Translations under genes and position numbers: made by a program
Shown: positions 40,330 to 52,282 of the stretch, piece after piece
Layout of the letters: each line of letters begins with the position of its first letter
How positions within the stretch are numbered: the first letter of the stretch is position 1
Source: Octopus vulgaris
Taxonomy: Eukaryota
Length of the DNA: 64,000 bases
Direction: 5' to 3'
Assembly (NCBI GenBank): GCA_951406725.2
Contig: OX597814.1
Span: 119,350,001-119,414,000, forward strand
Notes under the pieces: model-generated
The model's input: the letters and a program-made list of their open reading frames with translations, nothing else
The model's database searches: none
Told to the model about the DNA's origin: nothing

Positions 40330-40662
40330 ATTTGTCATTAGACTGCGGCCATTTTTGGTCATCACCTCGGAAGAGTTTTTAGTTAAATAAGTCAACTCCA
40401 GTCCGCTAGGTTATGGGGGCGTAAAGAAACTATACCAGTTGTCAAGCTGTAAGGAGGGACAAACACTGAAATAAAGACACGACATACATAGGTACACATG
40501 CGACAAGTTTCGACAGTTTTCGTCTACAAAATTCACCCCATACCACTGGTTGGCTGGGGGCTATAGAATATGACACTTGTCCAAGGTACCACATAATAGG
40601 ACCGAATCCGAAAGCATGTGGTTGTAAAGTGAGTTTATTAACCACAAATCTGTGCCAACGCC
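40330..40662 (-). mobile_element. SINE family B copy, diverged
   Basis: Similar to 25806-26205. Confidence 0.7.
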
Positions 40663-40919
40663 TCTATGTTGATCACATATGTATTATTAACTAAGCTGAT
40701 TATTCTTCACTGATGAGCTCTAATGAAGTCCGTTGCTCTTACTGGTTTCAATTGGAGATGTGAACCGCTTGGATTTTCATCAACTATATTATCCCAAAAT
40801 TTGTCACGGCTGCACTTAATAAATTACCTTCCTTTCTTTTTACATTTTAAAAATGTCCGTATGAGATTACTCGTCAACTTTCATGGATAACCTGAATTCA
40901 TGAGAATTGTTCAACTCAG

Positions 40920-40961
<42 letters not shown>

Positions 40962-41707
40962 CTCTACTGCATTTCTCTCTGATATACAAAATGCTGCCTC
41001 AAGGTCTTTACATGCAACAATATTAATAATATTATAGTATGGCTAGCTTTGTAGCTTTCTCTGAAGAAACTGTTGAGGCTGTTCTTGTATATAATTTTAG
41101 ATGCTAAATCTTTTTCTACAGAATATTGCAGTGTTGTAATTAGAAACCGGTTGTTGATACTTTGATTATCCCCACGTTTTAACGTAGAAGTTATGTTACA
41201 GAAGAGCATGACGCTAGGTAAATTTTAAGACTGCGACTAAAATGCATAATTAACGGGAATCTACACGTGCTTAATGAGCAATGTTCATTACGTATTGTAG
41301 ATACAGCATTAGATGTGATGTTAGCTGAAATATAATCTAAATTTACTATTATCAGGAATCAGTACATTACGCAATACTTCTTATAATGTGGCGACAAATT
41401 GTCGAAGGCTGAGTTGTATTTTCACAGTCTTTTTACTTCTGTTTAATGAGGTGATGTTTATCAGTTTCTGGAAAAGCAATGAGTGCAATTTTTGTGAGAT
41501 TTCATTATGTTAAAAGTCAAAAGCAGAGTTTCATTATTTACTCATTCCATTTTCAGTCATTCCAGAATAAAGCCTACGGTCTATGAACTTTAACAAGAGG
41601 TCAGAGTAAACGCTTTCTTGTGTGTGGAATAAAATAGGTGGATACTGCACTGAAGTCAGTCATGTTTGAGTATGTGAGCACGCTAAGATATATTATATAT
41701 ATATATA

Positions 41708-41746
<39 letters not shown>

Positions 41747-41751
<5 letters not shown>

Positions 41752-41989
41752 GAAATGAAGAAAATGCTGACAAATAATTGAAGTAATTTAAGTAATTTAA
41801 TTAGGTGAAAGTTCTTTTTACCGGTTGCGCATTTGTTATGCTTATCAAAATAGTTTGATAAGCATAACAAATGCGCAACCGGTAAAAAGAACTTTCACCT
41901 AATTAAATTACTTAAATTACTTCAATTATTTGTCAGCATTTTCTTCATTTCCTTTTTTATATATCACCACTCGTGTTCGACATCTCCTT

Positions 41990-41992
<3 letters not shown>
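41747..41992 (+). mobile_element. PLE-type end with 103-bp perfect hairpin in (TA)n
   Basis: Arms 41747-41849 / 41854-41956 plus a short tail; HHR-like motif at the apex. Confidence 0.75.
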
Positions 41993-42043
<51 letters not shown>

Positions 42044-42110
42044 TTTGATACTTTGATAGGTTTCGGCCATTATTGGCCCAGGCCATGTCTAACTTAATAG
42101 CACCAATATA

Positions 42111-42636
42111 TCTCTCTCTATATAAACGGCAGTTTGTCTGTGCGTGTTTCTGTGTGTCTGTTTGCTTGTACCCTCACCCTGACCACGGCTTTCAACCGAT
42201 TCTGATGAAACTTGACACACACATAGCCCAATTTCATAATTTAAAACTAACGCAGCGAAAATTTTGAAAAGTTCCCCCAGTTCTGAAAAAAATCGATAAA
42301 TTCGACATGGGGTCGAGAATCAGAAACACAAACCGCAAACTGTCTAGGGGACGCAACTCCACCTTTTTTAACTAAAAAAAAAATTTACCATCATTGTTTT
42401 CCATTTTTTTGCTATTTTTTGGCTATAACTCTCTAAAAATGCTTTATAGTTATTTCCCTTACAAACCTGAGCAACGCCGGGCGATACTGCTAGTATATAT
42501 ATATATATATATATATAAAAAAAAAATTTACCATCATTGTTTTCCATTTTTTTGCTATTTTTTGGCTATAACTCTCTAAAAATGCTTTATAGTTATTTCC
42601 CTTACAAACCTGAGCAACGCCGGGCGATACTGCTAG
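42111..42636 (+). mobile_element. Non-autonomous Helitron with tandemly duplicated 3' end
   Basis: 5' TC, subterminal GC-rich hairpin CCTGAGCAACGCCGGG, 3' CTAG at 42490-42493, A|T target. The last ~120 bp are repeated at 42517-42636. Near-identical copy at 59897-60280. Confidence 0.85.
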
Positions 42637-42894
42637 TATATATATATATATATATAGTTAATACACACAATAGGAAGATACGACTTAGTAATAGTTTCTG
42701 GCAGTGGAGACGCTAGTCTAGGCAGTTTTTTTATAACAGCTTGTATCTCTAAGTAGTCCTAAACTCTGAGCATGAAACCATATGTAGCTTTGATTTTTAT
42801 ACTATGTATATAAAATATTTATCTCTCTCATATGTTGGCGAACTTTCTTGTTAAAATTACCTTAACGAAACAGTAAACTATGCGTGTGTGTGCA

Positions 42895-42930
<36 letters not shown>

Positions 42931-43560
42931 CGAGCGAGGGAAAGAGAGAGCGACGGAGGAGGGGCATATTTCTACAAGCATATCAATGTTTATATTTATA
43001 TTGGTTTACTGGTTTCAATCTCGATCTTTCACCGATGTACAGAATTCGATGAAATGAATATCGAAGTATATTCACAAGTTCCAACGTCGAAGAACGAAAG
43101 CTATGAAACAACAATGCTTATATAGTTATTCATATCATTTTAATTATTTCGCATTACAAATGTTAAAAGAGTATGACACTATTGAAATGGATTCTTTCCA
43201 AGAAACACGAGTGCTTAAATTTTATTAAACAATTTCTATATATTTTCTCAATATTGAAAGATGAAATATATATATACATAATGCACATATTTAATAATCT
43301 GTCAAGCTAAAATATTTCTCAGGCAATTTTTGTTGATTTTTTAAATATATTTAATAATATTCATATGCCCGAAGGGATTTTTGTTGCAACCCCGAAACTA
43401 AACTGACTGAACCGATGAATCATAAAATACGAAGTAAAAATAAATAAAACACATGCTCAAAGTTCTTTGAGATACAACCTCACACATTTCGCATGTAAAA
43501 TACATACATGCATATACACACACTATCCGCACACACACACATACATACATATATATATAT

Positions 43561-43861
43561 TGTTCCTACTTGATCCTCGCCTTGCTCATAAGGGCCGGTT
43601 TCCCGGTTTCCTTGGCGTATAGGTTCCCCACCTGGACAGGACGCCCGTCCGTCGCAGGTGAGCTGCAAGACGCAGGAGGAAAGAGTGAGAGAAAGTTGTG
43701 GCGAAAGAGTCAGCAGAATTTCGCCATTACCTTCTGCCGGAGTCTCCATGGAGCTTAGGCGTTTCGCTCATAAACACACACATCGCCCGGTCTGAGATTC
43801 GAACCCGCGATCCCTCGACCGCGAGTCCGCTGCTCTAAGCGCTACACTATGTGCCTCCACA
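43561..43861 (-). mobile_element. SINE family C copy
   Basis: Similar to 14447-14746. Confidence 0.85.
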
Positions 43862-46159
43862 CACACACACACACACAACATCCATTGAAATTTAGGCGGA
43901 CCACACATGCGCATTCACACATGGATGCAAACATCCTCGGGCATGTACAATGTAAGAACCATAAATACAAGTGCAAATCACAATGAATCTAAGACCTGGA
44001 GTACACGAAGACACATTTTTATGGGGTAGGAAATGAAGAAAGAGCTCTAGCTTGCGGATTGATTGATCTAACGACAGGTCAAGCTATCGATCAGTTAGTT
44101 GATCAACTATTGACCAATTACCGAATGGTCATAATAAAACCAAATAAAATATTTAAAAATATGTTTGTTGTTTACATGAATGATTCATAGAATACATACT
44201 TCAACATCCATACTCTAAATTTTGGTATTTAGAACGAAATTTCAGTGAACGTTTGGTTATCTCAAATATACATAGAAATACGTCCAAGAATCTGTCATGT
44301 GCTTTTATGCAATGACTTGTTTTTACCTCTATGGAATACTGCGAGTGACATCAGGTTTAAGAATCTAGTTTTACTAAAAACTTTTTAAACTTTTATTTTG
44401 TGTGTTAGATATCTTTGTTTCATCCATAGAGAATGGCAAAGTCGTTTGACATTTCTGACAACGTAGGATGTGTTATAAAAGAGAACTGCTTTCGGCGTTC
44501 CTTGTTAGTTTCGGTTTAAACGACCGAAACATGATAAATTATACCCGCCATGATTAATCACATTTGTATTTAAGTCACATATTTGAATCCCTTCCTCCGG
44601 ATTTTATTAATGGCTTCATTTCTTATTAGATCCTATTGAGGCTATCTTGAAAAATGGCCTATTCAACATTTGGAGAATTTGAAAACTGCTACTGTAAAAA
44701 TTATGTGTCACCAGGTAATATTAATTTTCATCTCGGAAATCAGTGTTCCTTAACTGCGATAGTTAAAAGATATAGTTTTAATTTTTATACTTCGAGCAAT
44801 GTAAAAGAGATTATTGGTTTCAATTCCGAAATACAACGCCATCTGTAGCGGTATTATTAGACAGCTTTGCAAACAGCCACCTAGTGTTAAGAAATTATAT
44901 GGATTTAGCACGCTATTTAGCCGCTAAATGTTTCATTTAGTAATATCCTTCACACTGTACTTACCTCTCACTGAAAAATCCTGACAAACTATGGTATGTC
45001 ATCAACAAGATATATTAGAAAGAATAAATTAGGCTCTACATCAACTGGCGTATACATCTATCTCTGGCCCAAGGTTCTCAACAGGAGCCATACACTATTT
45101 CGATGCAATTTATGTGCAATAAATTGGTTATACTTTTACAGTGCATAAATAATTTTAACAATTTCTTAAATACAATTCCTGATTAATATATAATTTAAAA
45201 AATATAATGGGATTTTTTCAAACATCGAACGGTTAAGTGGCTCCAGCCGTGTATAGTAGAAATGAAGGGGAGGCATTGACGCAAAAAGCGGCTAAGAAAT
45301 GCTACTTTCGTCTATCACAACCCGTCTCCATATGTTTCATCAGAGCCAATTTTGAATGGTTTCAACAAATTTCAATCTTGCCAAAAAATACAAAAAAAAA
45401 AAAATCTCCTAATTACATTCCTTTTATACTCTATTAAAATATTGTTATTTCGGACTTGTGTATAATTTTCTATCATGTCCAGATCTGCCATTTTTTTTAT
45501 TGTTACCTATTAATCAGTTTGGAAAGCCAGTGCCTATAATCGTTTTCAGGACCTCCGTGACTGCAAGAGAAACGACGAAATTATCTTTAAACTAGAGACT
45601 TTGCTTTGAAACAATTTTACAAGAAATTCAGTGAATTCCTAAAGGTAGCTAAGGTGCTATATGGCTGTGGTATTAAACCGGGAGACAGAGTTATCTTCAA
45701 ATGAATTGTGAAAAGGAAGAATTCGAACCATGACAAGTACTTCAAAGCATGGCAGCCAACTCACCAGAGTTTGCCTTTGTCCATCGCTCTAGCTATCATT
45801 TTAAGATATAGGCTTTGGTAGGTTAAATACAGGTAAGCTGAATACAGGTAAGTTAAATACAGCATCACAGTTTGAGCTCCGACCGGAAGTAATCGGAATA
45901 AATACCGCAAAGCGTTTCATCCGACTCACTAATCACTGTCACTGAGTATTCTATTCTTAGCTTATACAATTATAATATATTAACAGATCCTTTGCTGTTA
46001 AACAAAATATTTTCATTAGTAAAACAGAATGTAGACCTTAAAATTATATTCACACTACTAGTTAATATTATTTTCTTTACATGCGAAATAATGGTGGCTT
46101 ACACCAAATTATGTGACGTCACGATATATATATGTGTATGTGTGTCTATGTATGTGTGT

Positions 46160-46191
<32 letters not shown>

Positions 46192-46198
46192 GTATATA

Positions 46199-46236
<38 letters not shown>

Positions 46237-46242
<6 letters not shown>

Positions 46243-46452
46243 AAAAATCGGATAAAATCTTCATAAGAATTTATTAAGTAGTTAGCATGAAAAACCTCAT
46301 AAAAGAAAAAAAAACATCAATTTTTTTCTTTAAATTTATTTATTTATATTATATAGAGGGCACTATTACACATAGGTGCCACACGCTAGGAGAGACTTTT
46401 AAAGTCAAAACTACTAAAATAAATAAACGCATCTATGTGTAATAGTGCCCTA
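46237..46452 (-). mobile_element. PLE-type terminal fragment related to 28143-28397, with short inverted piece
   Basis: Shared GAAAAACCTCATAA and GAGGGCAYTATTAYACATAGRTGCCACACGCTA blocks; (TA)n flanks. Confidence 0.6.
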
Positions 46453-47134
46453 TGTATGTATATATATATATATATATATACATACAGAGAGAGAGAGAGA
46501 GAGAGAGAGATCGACAGATAAAAAGTGAGGTAGAATGATATATACACGCAAACACACACAAACATGAAGGGACAGTATGCCTTGGTACCTACATATGTCT
46601 GTTATGAAAGAGACTCCTTCGTTTCATCGATTTCAGATTGATTCCTACAATTATTATATTTGATGACATTCACACGAAACTCGTAACCGTTCGCTTACTA
46701 ATGTATTTCTTTTCTTGAAAGTATATTGAATCAAGACAGTATGACTTGCTGTATTAAACATTAACGCAACAAAAAAAATGGCAAAAAAACCTCATATATA
46801 CCGAGTGAAAATTGCTGCAATACTGCAGATGAGAGACGCTTTGACGGTATTCACATCATTTGCTTTCATCTTATATGGACATTTTTACCTAATTTGACGA
46901 GGAAGGTGGGCTGATATTTATGGACATTGTCCATAAACACCACGTTCATCGGAAAACAATAATTGAATAGTTAGATTCAATTTACAGAAATCGTTTTAAC
47001 ACACACACACACACACACATGTATACATACATTCCCACGCACACACAAACACATAGAGGCATATATGTATATATATATATAGTCAAGTTAACAGAATTAT
47101 ATTTCTATTTCCAACTATTTGCAACAAGCAAGAA

Positions 47135-47179
<45 letters not shown>

Positions 47180-47180
<1 letters not shown>

Positions 47181-47335
47181 GGCAAGGATTATCAGGATGG
47201 TTCTGAGCACTTGAAAGACTACTGGAATCTTGTGGATACCCAAGGTCACGTGTAGTAACCCGCTACCCACATAAATTCTACCAGGAATAAGACCAAAACC
47301 TGAATCAAACCATTGATATTAGTAACAATAATAAT
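47180..47335 (+). mobile_element. R4/Dong-like LINE extreme 3' end in a (TAA)n tract
   Basis: Reads ARIIRMVLST* (resembles the terminal 'ARILRKVL' motif), then a short UTR; AAT repeats on both sides. Confidence 0.5.
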
Positions 47336-47496
47336 AAAGATGATGATGATGATTTCATTTATTTGTCACAAGGGTGAAGGATGAGGGGAACAATAGAATG
47401 ACAGACATAAATTGTGGGTGTTTACATGAAATGAAAAAAGAAAAGATAGTAATTATACACTGACTAAGAAGGAACATATGCATAGCATACAAAAAA

Positions 47497-47708
47497 ATTC
47501 TATTTAAAGTACAAGGCCTGAAATTCGGGTTAAGGGAACTAGTTGATTACATTGACCCCAGTGTTTCATTGGTACTTAATTTAACAAACCCGAAAATATG
47601 AAAGGCAAAGATGGTTTCAGCAGAATTTGATCTCAGTACGTAAACGACAGACGACATACCGCTAAGCATTTCGCCCAACGTGCTAACGATTATGCCAGCT
47701 CTCCGCCT
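47497..47708 (-). mobile_element. SINE family A variant, diverged
   Basis: ACCGCTAAGCATTTCGCCC..GTGCTAACGATT..GCCAGCTCTCCGCC head. Confidence 0.75.
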
Positions 47709-48631
47709 CAATAATACTAATAATAATAATAATAATAATAATAATGATAACAATAAATGATGCAAAATGCATGCTGGCAGAAGTTACGGGCATGGTTTCC
47801 AGTGGTGTGATATGTAGTTCGGAATTTCCATCTTGAAATAGAATTAAAAATGTCATCCCGAATATGTAATTAGAATGTTGGTTTGTATGACAGTGAAATA
47901 CTCTTCAGTGTGCCGAATACCAGTATTGAAAACGGTAACATCAACAGAAGTAAACACATACAACATAACATACAAATTTATGTATATTTATTTGGGATTG
48001 ATTTAAATCCTTTTATTCTTGTACAGAATTCAACCTGGCTCATATGTTTAATCTTTGACGCTTGTTGATAAATGAATTAGTGTGCGCACATATGTTGTGT
48101 GTGAATAAACTTGCGCTCATTAAGTGTGTAGGCATGTCACTTTAGTATTTATGTACTTTTCTTCTGCTCTGGCCTGTCAGTCTTTATTTTCACTTCAGTT
48201 TTCCTATCGAACGCACCATTTTTTTACCATTCTTTACAGTTGTTCAAGAACTGCTGTTCGAACGACTAAAATCTGTCTTCCTTTCTTCTTACATCATTGC
48301 ACATGCACACTACGTTTTTTTTCTTCTCTTGTATTTGTCGCTTAGGTTTAACCGTACATATTTTCGTATTCTTAGTATTTTTCTATGACAGTTGCTAACA
48401 CTCAACCATATAATTCGTTTCGATTTAGTTCTTGTCTTGACTGCATCAATCTGTAACAATTATTTCTTGCAGTTGTTGAAACCGATGGGGAAGTCGGTAC
48501 AGTTTTAAGGAATGAGAATGGAAAAATCTCTTGATACATATCTGATGATGACTCTCCAGTCATGTTTGCATCGGGTGCGTCCAGTTTCTTTCATTTTTCA
48601 TGCAGAAAAAAATCCCTGATCACATTCCGAA

Positions 48632-48669
<38 letters not shown>

Positions 48670-49568
48670 AAAAGCAATAAAGATTCAAGTTAATTTAAAT
48701 GAATTTACTTGAATATGGTACCTAACTTAGATGCACCAAAAAAAACTATACTGTTTTAACAATACAATAATGTGGGGTGATTATAAGCGAGAAAGAAGCA
48801 ACAAGAATGGATAGGTTTTTAGTACAATCGTTTCATACAAGGACAGGCTTTATTAAAAGTTGCAAAAATTACAGCATATAAACGTTTCATACAAGGACAG
48901 GCTTTATTAAAAGTTGCAAAAATTACAGCATATAAACGTGTCCTGTACTCATCAGCTAAAATACATGTGAGTTCTCTAGACATCCTATTGGTTGAGGCTA
49001 TACTCATGAAGTAGATAATTAAGTAACATAAACAGATTTCCAAAGTTCATTAAAGTTCTTTAAAGATGATGTACAGTCTTATCACAGAATTTTTAAAAAG
49101 TTTTAACAGCATCACAGAGAAGGTGACCTAATCCATAGTGCACATATGAATTTCCAGAGATATGATGAGGGATTACATACTCACAGACGACAAATTTATC
49201 CATTGTTAATCACAACGAGGTGGGTCTCAATTCCTGCTTATTAGCATTACAGAGAGGGTGAATTAATCCTTTGTATAGATGCACAATTTCCAATGGTGTA
49301 GATGTAAATTTCAGAGAAATGAAGAGGAATTTCATATTCACAGGCGATAAATTTATCAATGGTTGAACACAATGAGGTAGGTATGAATTCTTGTTATATG
49401 ATTAGGTATTTGCCACATTAATCACATTACTGCTATTTACAAGAGGCAGTAGCTATTTAACTTTTAAAGGCTGAAGGGCTTTCTAGAGAGGCAAAGAATA
49501 GAAAAGGGAGGGAATAGAAGAAAAGAGAGAAAATAAAGGAGGAGGGAGCAAAAAAAGATATATTATGA

Positions 49569-50690
49569 TATAAAAAAGATATATTATGGCTGAATATTCC
49601 TTTCAACTGTGCGATACAATCGGATATACAGAACAAATTCAAAGTAATTCTGGAAAAAAATTTCCCTATATCTCATAGATATCATAGAATTATTTCTAGG
49701 AAAACAGTTAGGATTTCTTATTCTACCCTCCAAAATATGTCCACTTTAATAGCTAAGATTAATAATAACAACATTAAACTAGCCAGGAAAGATAGAAATA
49801 AAAATAATAATTTCAGCATGAATACCAATAGCAATTATAATAATACTACCAACAATAAAAACAGCAATAGTAATTATCAAAACATAGGTGAAATTAGTAA
49901 CCACAGAATGACTAATAACATTAACATTAATAGTAATAATAACAATGCCGATATTAATAGAAGTAATAATGTTAATAATAGAAATAATAAAAATAAGGCT
50001 AATGGAGAAAATAAGGAGAATGAAAATATCAGTGATATCTATAACAACAATATGCAGTCGGATAAAAAGACTAACAATAATAGCAACATTACCAATAATA
50101 TAAGAAATCATGGTAGGACTTTAGACCTAAATGATGAAACAGAAGGATCAATAAATAATAGCAATACTTTAGATATCAGCACTAACTATAGAAATGATAA
50201 TCAAAGTAATAGGAACCTAAGACATCTACCCAAGAATAATCCAAAGCCTGAAGTTGTTCCTCCTGTGTGTAAGTGTAGAATAAAATCAAAATGCCCGGCA
50301 CCTGGTCTATGTGGGGAAAATAATGTAATCTATAAATGTACCATATCCACGGAGAATAACAAATATTTTTACATTGGATGTACAATTAATTTTCTTTCTA
50401 GAGTTAGAAATCACATCTCGTCTTTTAAATTACGTCATAAAGCTGGTACCACCACACTTTCAAACAAAATCTGGGAACTCAAAAATAATAATAATAATTA
50501 TAACCTTAATTGGGAAATAGTTAGGAGAGCAATTCCGTACAAAAATAGTAGGGTTGGTTGCCAACTATGCTCCATGGAGACGTATGAAATTCTAAAGCAT
50601 AGAAAACATAGAAACTTATTGAATAACCATATCGAACTAGGTCAAGTTTGTGTCCACGCTAAATTGAAGACTTTAAAATATTATAAATGA
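49569..50690 (+). CDS. PLE ORF C-terminal part: post-RT linker, Asn-rich insert, Cys motif and GIY-YIG endonuclease (5'-truncated, RT absent)
   Basis: The frame is open upstream of Met 49737 (ILWLNIPFN..NFPISHRYHRII..TVRISYST). It then reads CKCRIKSKCPAPGLC, NVIYKC..YFYIGCT..RVRNH..CQLCSMETYEI..LLN. Confidence 0.9.
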   Translation, partial: YKKDILWLNIPFNCAIQSDIQNKFKVILEKNFPISHRYHRIISRKTVRISYSTLQNMSTLIAKINNNNIKLARKDRNKNNNFSMNTNSNYNNTTNNKNSNSNYQNIGEISNHRMTNNININSNNNNADINRSNNVNNRNNKNKANGENKENENISDIYNNNMQSDKKTNNNSNITNNIRNHGRTLDLNDETEGSINNSNTLDISTNYRNDNQSNRNLRHLPKNNPKPEVVPPVCKCRIKSKCPAPGLCGENNVIYKCTISTENNKYFYIGCTINFLSRVRNHISSFKLRHKAGTTTLSNKIWELKNNNNNYNLNWEIVRRAIPYKNSRVGCQLCSMETYEILKHRKHRNLLNNHIELGQVCVHAKLKTLKYYK

Positions 50691-52145
50691 TTAGAATATT
50701 CGTAACTAGATAGATAGATATAACTTGATTTCTACTAGTATAACACTGCTTTAAGTAGATAACTAAGAGTTCTCACACTACAGTTATCTTTTTCCTTATA
50801 TCTGCATCGGTTTTTTTTGAGAACAGGGAAATGAATAGTACTTATACGCTGCTTAATTGAGGCTTTATTTAATTTCAAACTCATAATTTTAAATTCTTAC
50901 TTTTAAATCTTAATTGTAATTTGTAATTTTAATTCCTAACTTAATCTAATTTAAGTAGCATAACTCTAATAAAATAAAATGAGTTACTATAGCCCCATAA
51001 TTCTATTTCAAAATTAAATAAATAAGGCTACTCCCTCGGTGATAATATGATTATCTTCATTATGATAGACAATCCCCTAACACCTTGTAAATGATCTTCT
51101 AAGATTTGACCTGTAGTCCGTCAATGTATGAATAATAAAGGCAACTCCTTAAGACAATAAAATGAATAAATTAAATAAGTAAACTTTAATGACTTTTTGA
51201 TAAGATTATACTTAGATTTTCCTAATGTATTTTCTTCTGATTTTAGCATCTGACCCCTAAACCCCTGACTGTGTTATCTCTTTAGATTCTCTTTAAATTC
51301 ATAGCTGATTTCAACAGCAATAAATTAGCTGTTTTACTGGTCAAAGAATAATATTCTCCTCTAGTTCCTAGATGCCTGTAAATTAAAACCAGACTTGCCG
51401 TCTGCTAATTCTTCTGTATAACTAGAACCCTCTTTTTTTCTTTTTCTTTTTTCCCTTCTTTCCCTATTTCTTTCTCTTTTCTCTTTTTTCTTTTTCTTCT
51501 TCCTATTCTCTTTTTCCTTTTCTCTTCTCTTTTAGTCCCTCTCCCCCCCTTTTTTGCTCCCTCCTCCTTTATTTTCTCTCTTTTCTTCTATTCCCTCCCC
51601 TTTTCTATTCTTTGCCTCTCTAGAAAGCCCTTCAGCCTTTAAAAGTTAAATAGCTACTGCCTCTTGTAAATAGCAGTAATGTGATTAATGTGGCAAATAC
51701 CTAATCATATAACAAGAATTCATACCTACCTCATTGTGTTCAACCATTGATAAATTTATCGCCTGTGAATATGAAATTCCTCTTCATTTCTCTGGAAATT
51801 TACATCTACACCATTGGAAATTGTGCATCTATACAAAGGATTAATTCACCCTCTCTGTAATGCTAATAAGCAGGAATTGAGACCCACCTCGTTGTGATTA
51901 ACAATGGATAAATTTGTCGTCTGTGAGTATGTAATCCCTCATCATATCTCTGGAAATTCATATGTGCACTATGGATTAGGTCACCTTCTCTGTGATGCTG
52001 TTAAAACTTTTTTAAAATTCTGTGATAAGACTGTACATCATCTTTAAAGAACTTTAATGAACTTTGGAAATCTGTTTATGTTACTTAATTATCTACTTCA
52101 TGAGTATAGCCTCAACCAATAGGATGTCTAGAGAACTCACATGTA

Positions 52146-52236
52146 TTTTAGCTGATGAGTACAGGACACGTTTATATGCTGTAATTTTTGCAACTTTTAA
52201 TAAAGCCTGTCTTTGTATGAAACGATTGTACTAAAA
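52146..52236 (+). ncRNA. Type I hammerhead ribozyme with extended stem II (PLE 3' repeat)
   Basis: TTTTAG-CTGATGA-GTACA.GGACA..TGTC.TGTAT-GAAAC(GATT)GTA^CTAAAA; inverted copy at ~48817-48961. Confidence 0.85.
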
Positions 52237-52282
52237 ACCTATCCATTCTTGTTGCTTCTTTCTCGCGTATATATATATATAT

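Larger units (their letters stand above)
48667..52266 (+). mobile_element. 5'-truncated Penelope-like element with inverted copy of its 3' end
   Basis: 48787-49557 is a near-perfect reverse complement of 51549-52266; GIY-YIG ORF lies between the arms; HHR in the 3' repeat; (TA)n at both outer ends. Confidence 0.92.

Noticed and set aside
40706-40765. TTCA-CTGATGA-GCTCTAAT.. motif
   Set aside because: The GAAA and cleavage half is missing.
48538-48580. CTGATGA-TGACT(CTCC)AGTCA hammerhead-like start
   Set aside because: No GAAA follows stem II and there is no convincing stem I; at most a decayed relic.
49779-50111. 110-aa Ile-rich minus-strand ORF
   Set aside because: Antisense shadow of the Asn-rich PLE coding region.
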